Source: Opitutales bacterium (GTDB lineage: Bacteria; Verrucomicrobiota; Verrucomicrobiia; Opitutales; UBA9783). From it: a stretch of DNA of 25,384 nt. The notes under the pieces were generated by a model. It worked only from the letters and a program-made list of their open reading frames with translations, ran no database searches and was not told the DNA's origin. The stretch is from assembly GCA_046881885.1 (NCBI GenBank), contig JBKSMP010000027.1, positions 1 through 25,384 on the forward strand, given 5' to 3'. A program made the translations under genes and the position numbers. Shown piece by piece: positions 23,848-25,384 of this stretch. Position 1 is the stretch's first letter, and the number at the start of each line of letters is the position of its first letter.

Positions 23848-25384
23848 GCTGTCTGGTCTTAGTCTGCGTCGCATCAATAATTTCTTTAACCTTTTGTTTT
23901 AAAACCAGAACTTGTTTCCATTCTTCATCGGAAAGTTCATCGGGTTTATTTTTTACATTTACGTAACCAGATAGGCGCATAATATCCTTTTCTTCTATGT
24001 AGTCTTCATAGGCATTAAGTAATTTATTTGATCTTTTATTTTTATAAAATCCAAAAGAAATATTTTTTTCTGCTAAAGGTTTTATTAAGTTATTAGTTTC
24101 TTCCACAAACTCAGTTGAATAAATGTTTTCTTCAACACCAAACCAAACAGTTTCTAAATTTTTTATTTTATCTAAGCAATTAATAAAATATTTTACATCT
24201 CTCTGTAAATCTTGACAAATAATAGTTTTGCAAGAAACATTTTTGCCAACTTCTTCTAGCTCATCGCAAAACAAGGTATTACAAGTTACATTTTCCATCA
24301 TAACAATCGTTTTGGGAACAAATAGAATAGCTTCAGTGTTTTTAGGATTAACAATAGGTGTCTTTTCAACTTTTAAACAAGACGCATATTCTATCGGAAC
24401 AGAAAGGGATCCTTCTGTATAATTGTTGGTCAATGCTATTTCTTTAATTTTTATCCGATTTACACGGTTATCATGCACATAAGCATGCAACTGTTTTCTT
24501 AATTCTTTTTCCTCTGTTATTGGAAATAGTTTTTTTTCTGCTAGTATTGTTTTTAGTTTTTCTAGTACTTTTATAAATTCTTTTATTTCCTCTCTTAATC
24601 TGTATTTTTGTTCTCTCAATATCTCTATAAATTCCTCATTTGAAACAGCTTTAGAAATCTTGTCTAAATAAAGCTTTTTTCTAAATTCTTGTTTTAAATT
24701 TAACCCCAAGAGTAATTCCACGCCTTTTTTTAGTTCTTCTATGGATTCACCTTTTAAATATTTTAAAGCTAATTTGAGTTTTTCCTTTAATATTTGTTCT
24801 TCCGAAAAAGGTTTAAAAAAGACTCTTATAGTATCAAAACTTAAGTTTTCAATATCTAACTTAGCAAATTTTAAATAGTCATCAAAAGAGGTAACATTTG
24901 CCTCATAAGCAATTATTTGGCATTTACTTAAATCGTATCTTTTTTCAATTTCATCTTTATCAGCTGCGTTTGCAACTCTAAAAACAACAGGTTTACCATA
25001 TTTAATAAATGTATTATAACATTTCCCAAACCAATCTATATCACGATAAAATCCCCACATAAAAAAACTTTCAATAGAAAATTCATCGGTTTCTTCTATA
25101 GGCACTTCGTCATAATTTGTAAATCCTTGACGCTTAAAAATAATAGGCTTTTTTCCTAGTTTTTTAGCTTTATCTGTATGCAATGATCTAAGCTTGGTAA
25201 GAATTTCATTCAACTCGCGTTCACCAACAAGACATTCTACGATATACTGATCCATACCTTTTTGAATCACAAAACCATTTCTTTCGTAAAAAGCATCCCA
25301 ATCAGGAATCACTTGTACTTTTAATTCTTCGTTTGCTATTGTAGGTTTCTCTTTTACTTCATTGTTAGTTGTTGCCGTTTCTTG
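23837..25384 (-). CDS. hypothetical protein, 5'-partial (at least 515 aa; the frame is open to the window edge)
   Basis: The track start at 25312 is a GTG. The 24 codons upstream (QETATTNNEVKEKPTIANEELKVQ) contain no stop, so the gene probably begins beyond the window. The central K/E-rich helical region looks coiled-coil-like. A tandem NV(T/S)C.T..C..L motif lies at 24206-24292. Confidence 0.6.
   Translation of the reverse strand, partial: QETATTNNEVKEKPTIANEELKVQVIPDWDAFYERNGFVIQKGMDQYIVECLVGERELNEILTKLRSLHTDKAKKLGKKPIIFKRQGFTNYDEVPIEETDEFSIESFFMWGFYRDIDWFGKCYNTFIKYGKPVVFRVANAADKDEIEKRYDLSKCQIIAYEANVTSFDDYLKFAKLDIENLSFDTIRVFFKPFSEEQILKEKLKLALKYLKGESIEELKKGVELLLGLNLKQEFRKKLYLDKISKAVSNEEFIEILREQKYRLREEIKEFIKVLEKLKTILAEKKLFPITEEKELRKQLHAYVHDNRVNRIKIKEIALTNNYTEGSLSVPIEYASCLKVEKTPIVNPKNTEAILFVPKTIVMMENVTCNTLFCDELEEVGKNVSCKTIICQDLQRDVKYFINCLDKIKNLETVWFGVEENIYSTEFVEETNNLIKPLAEKNISFGFYKNKRSNKLLNAYEDYIEEKDIMRLSGYVNVKNKPDELSDEEWKQVLVLKQKVKEIIDATQTKTRQLKF

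Overview
Compact, low-GC bacterial chromosomal segment read with the standard code; all conserved genes are intact ORFs. The housekeeping backbone is fabZ-fabI-gpsA, a prepilin-like gene plus a GspF/PilC-family platform gene, dnaK-groES-groEL packed as one unit, prfB-acpS, malQ, and a minus-strand run rpmF-plsX-fabH-(BamD-like TPR lipoprotein)-(TolQ/ExbB-like)-(TolR/ExbD-like)-orphan. rpmF (59 aa) and a tRNA-Gly(UCC) are absent from the ORF track and were found by reading the sequence. Three visibly more AT-rich blocks of unrecognisable genes interrupt or flank the backbone. Block 1-4199 abuts the 3' end of the tRNA and holds a secreted class-3-lipase-like protein, an HExxH gene remnant and stop-riddled DNA. 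Block 13031-14996 holds two convergent secreted orphans, and 23338-25384 holds two more orphans. I saw no rRNA, CRISPR array, transposase, integrase or recognisable defence/toxin system. The most interesting signal is regulatory. Two exact matches and one single-mismatch match to the sigma-54 -24/-12 consensus (TGGCAC-N5-TTGC) each sit in the correct orientation just upstream of a gene start: dnaK-groESL, the 435-aa Cys-rich secreted orphan, and the secreted lipase-like gene. The dnaK copy is preceded by a helically phased array of TTGG(C/T)(A/T)C motifs. Several operon-leading genes also have promoter geometry implying leaderless or very short-leader mRNAs. All promoter calls are by-eye pattern matches and need computational and experimental confirmation. 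The organism cannot be identified from this window alone.
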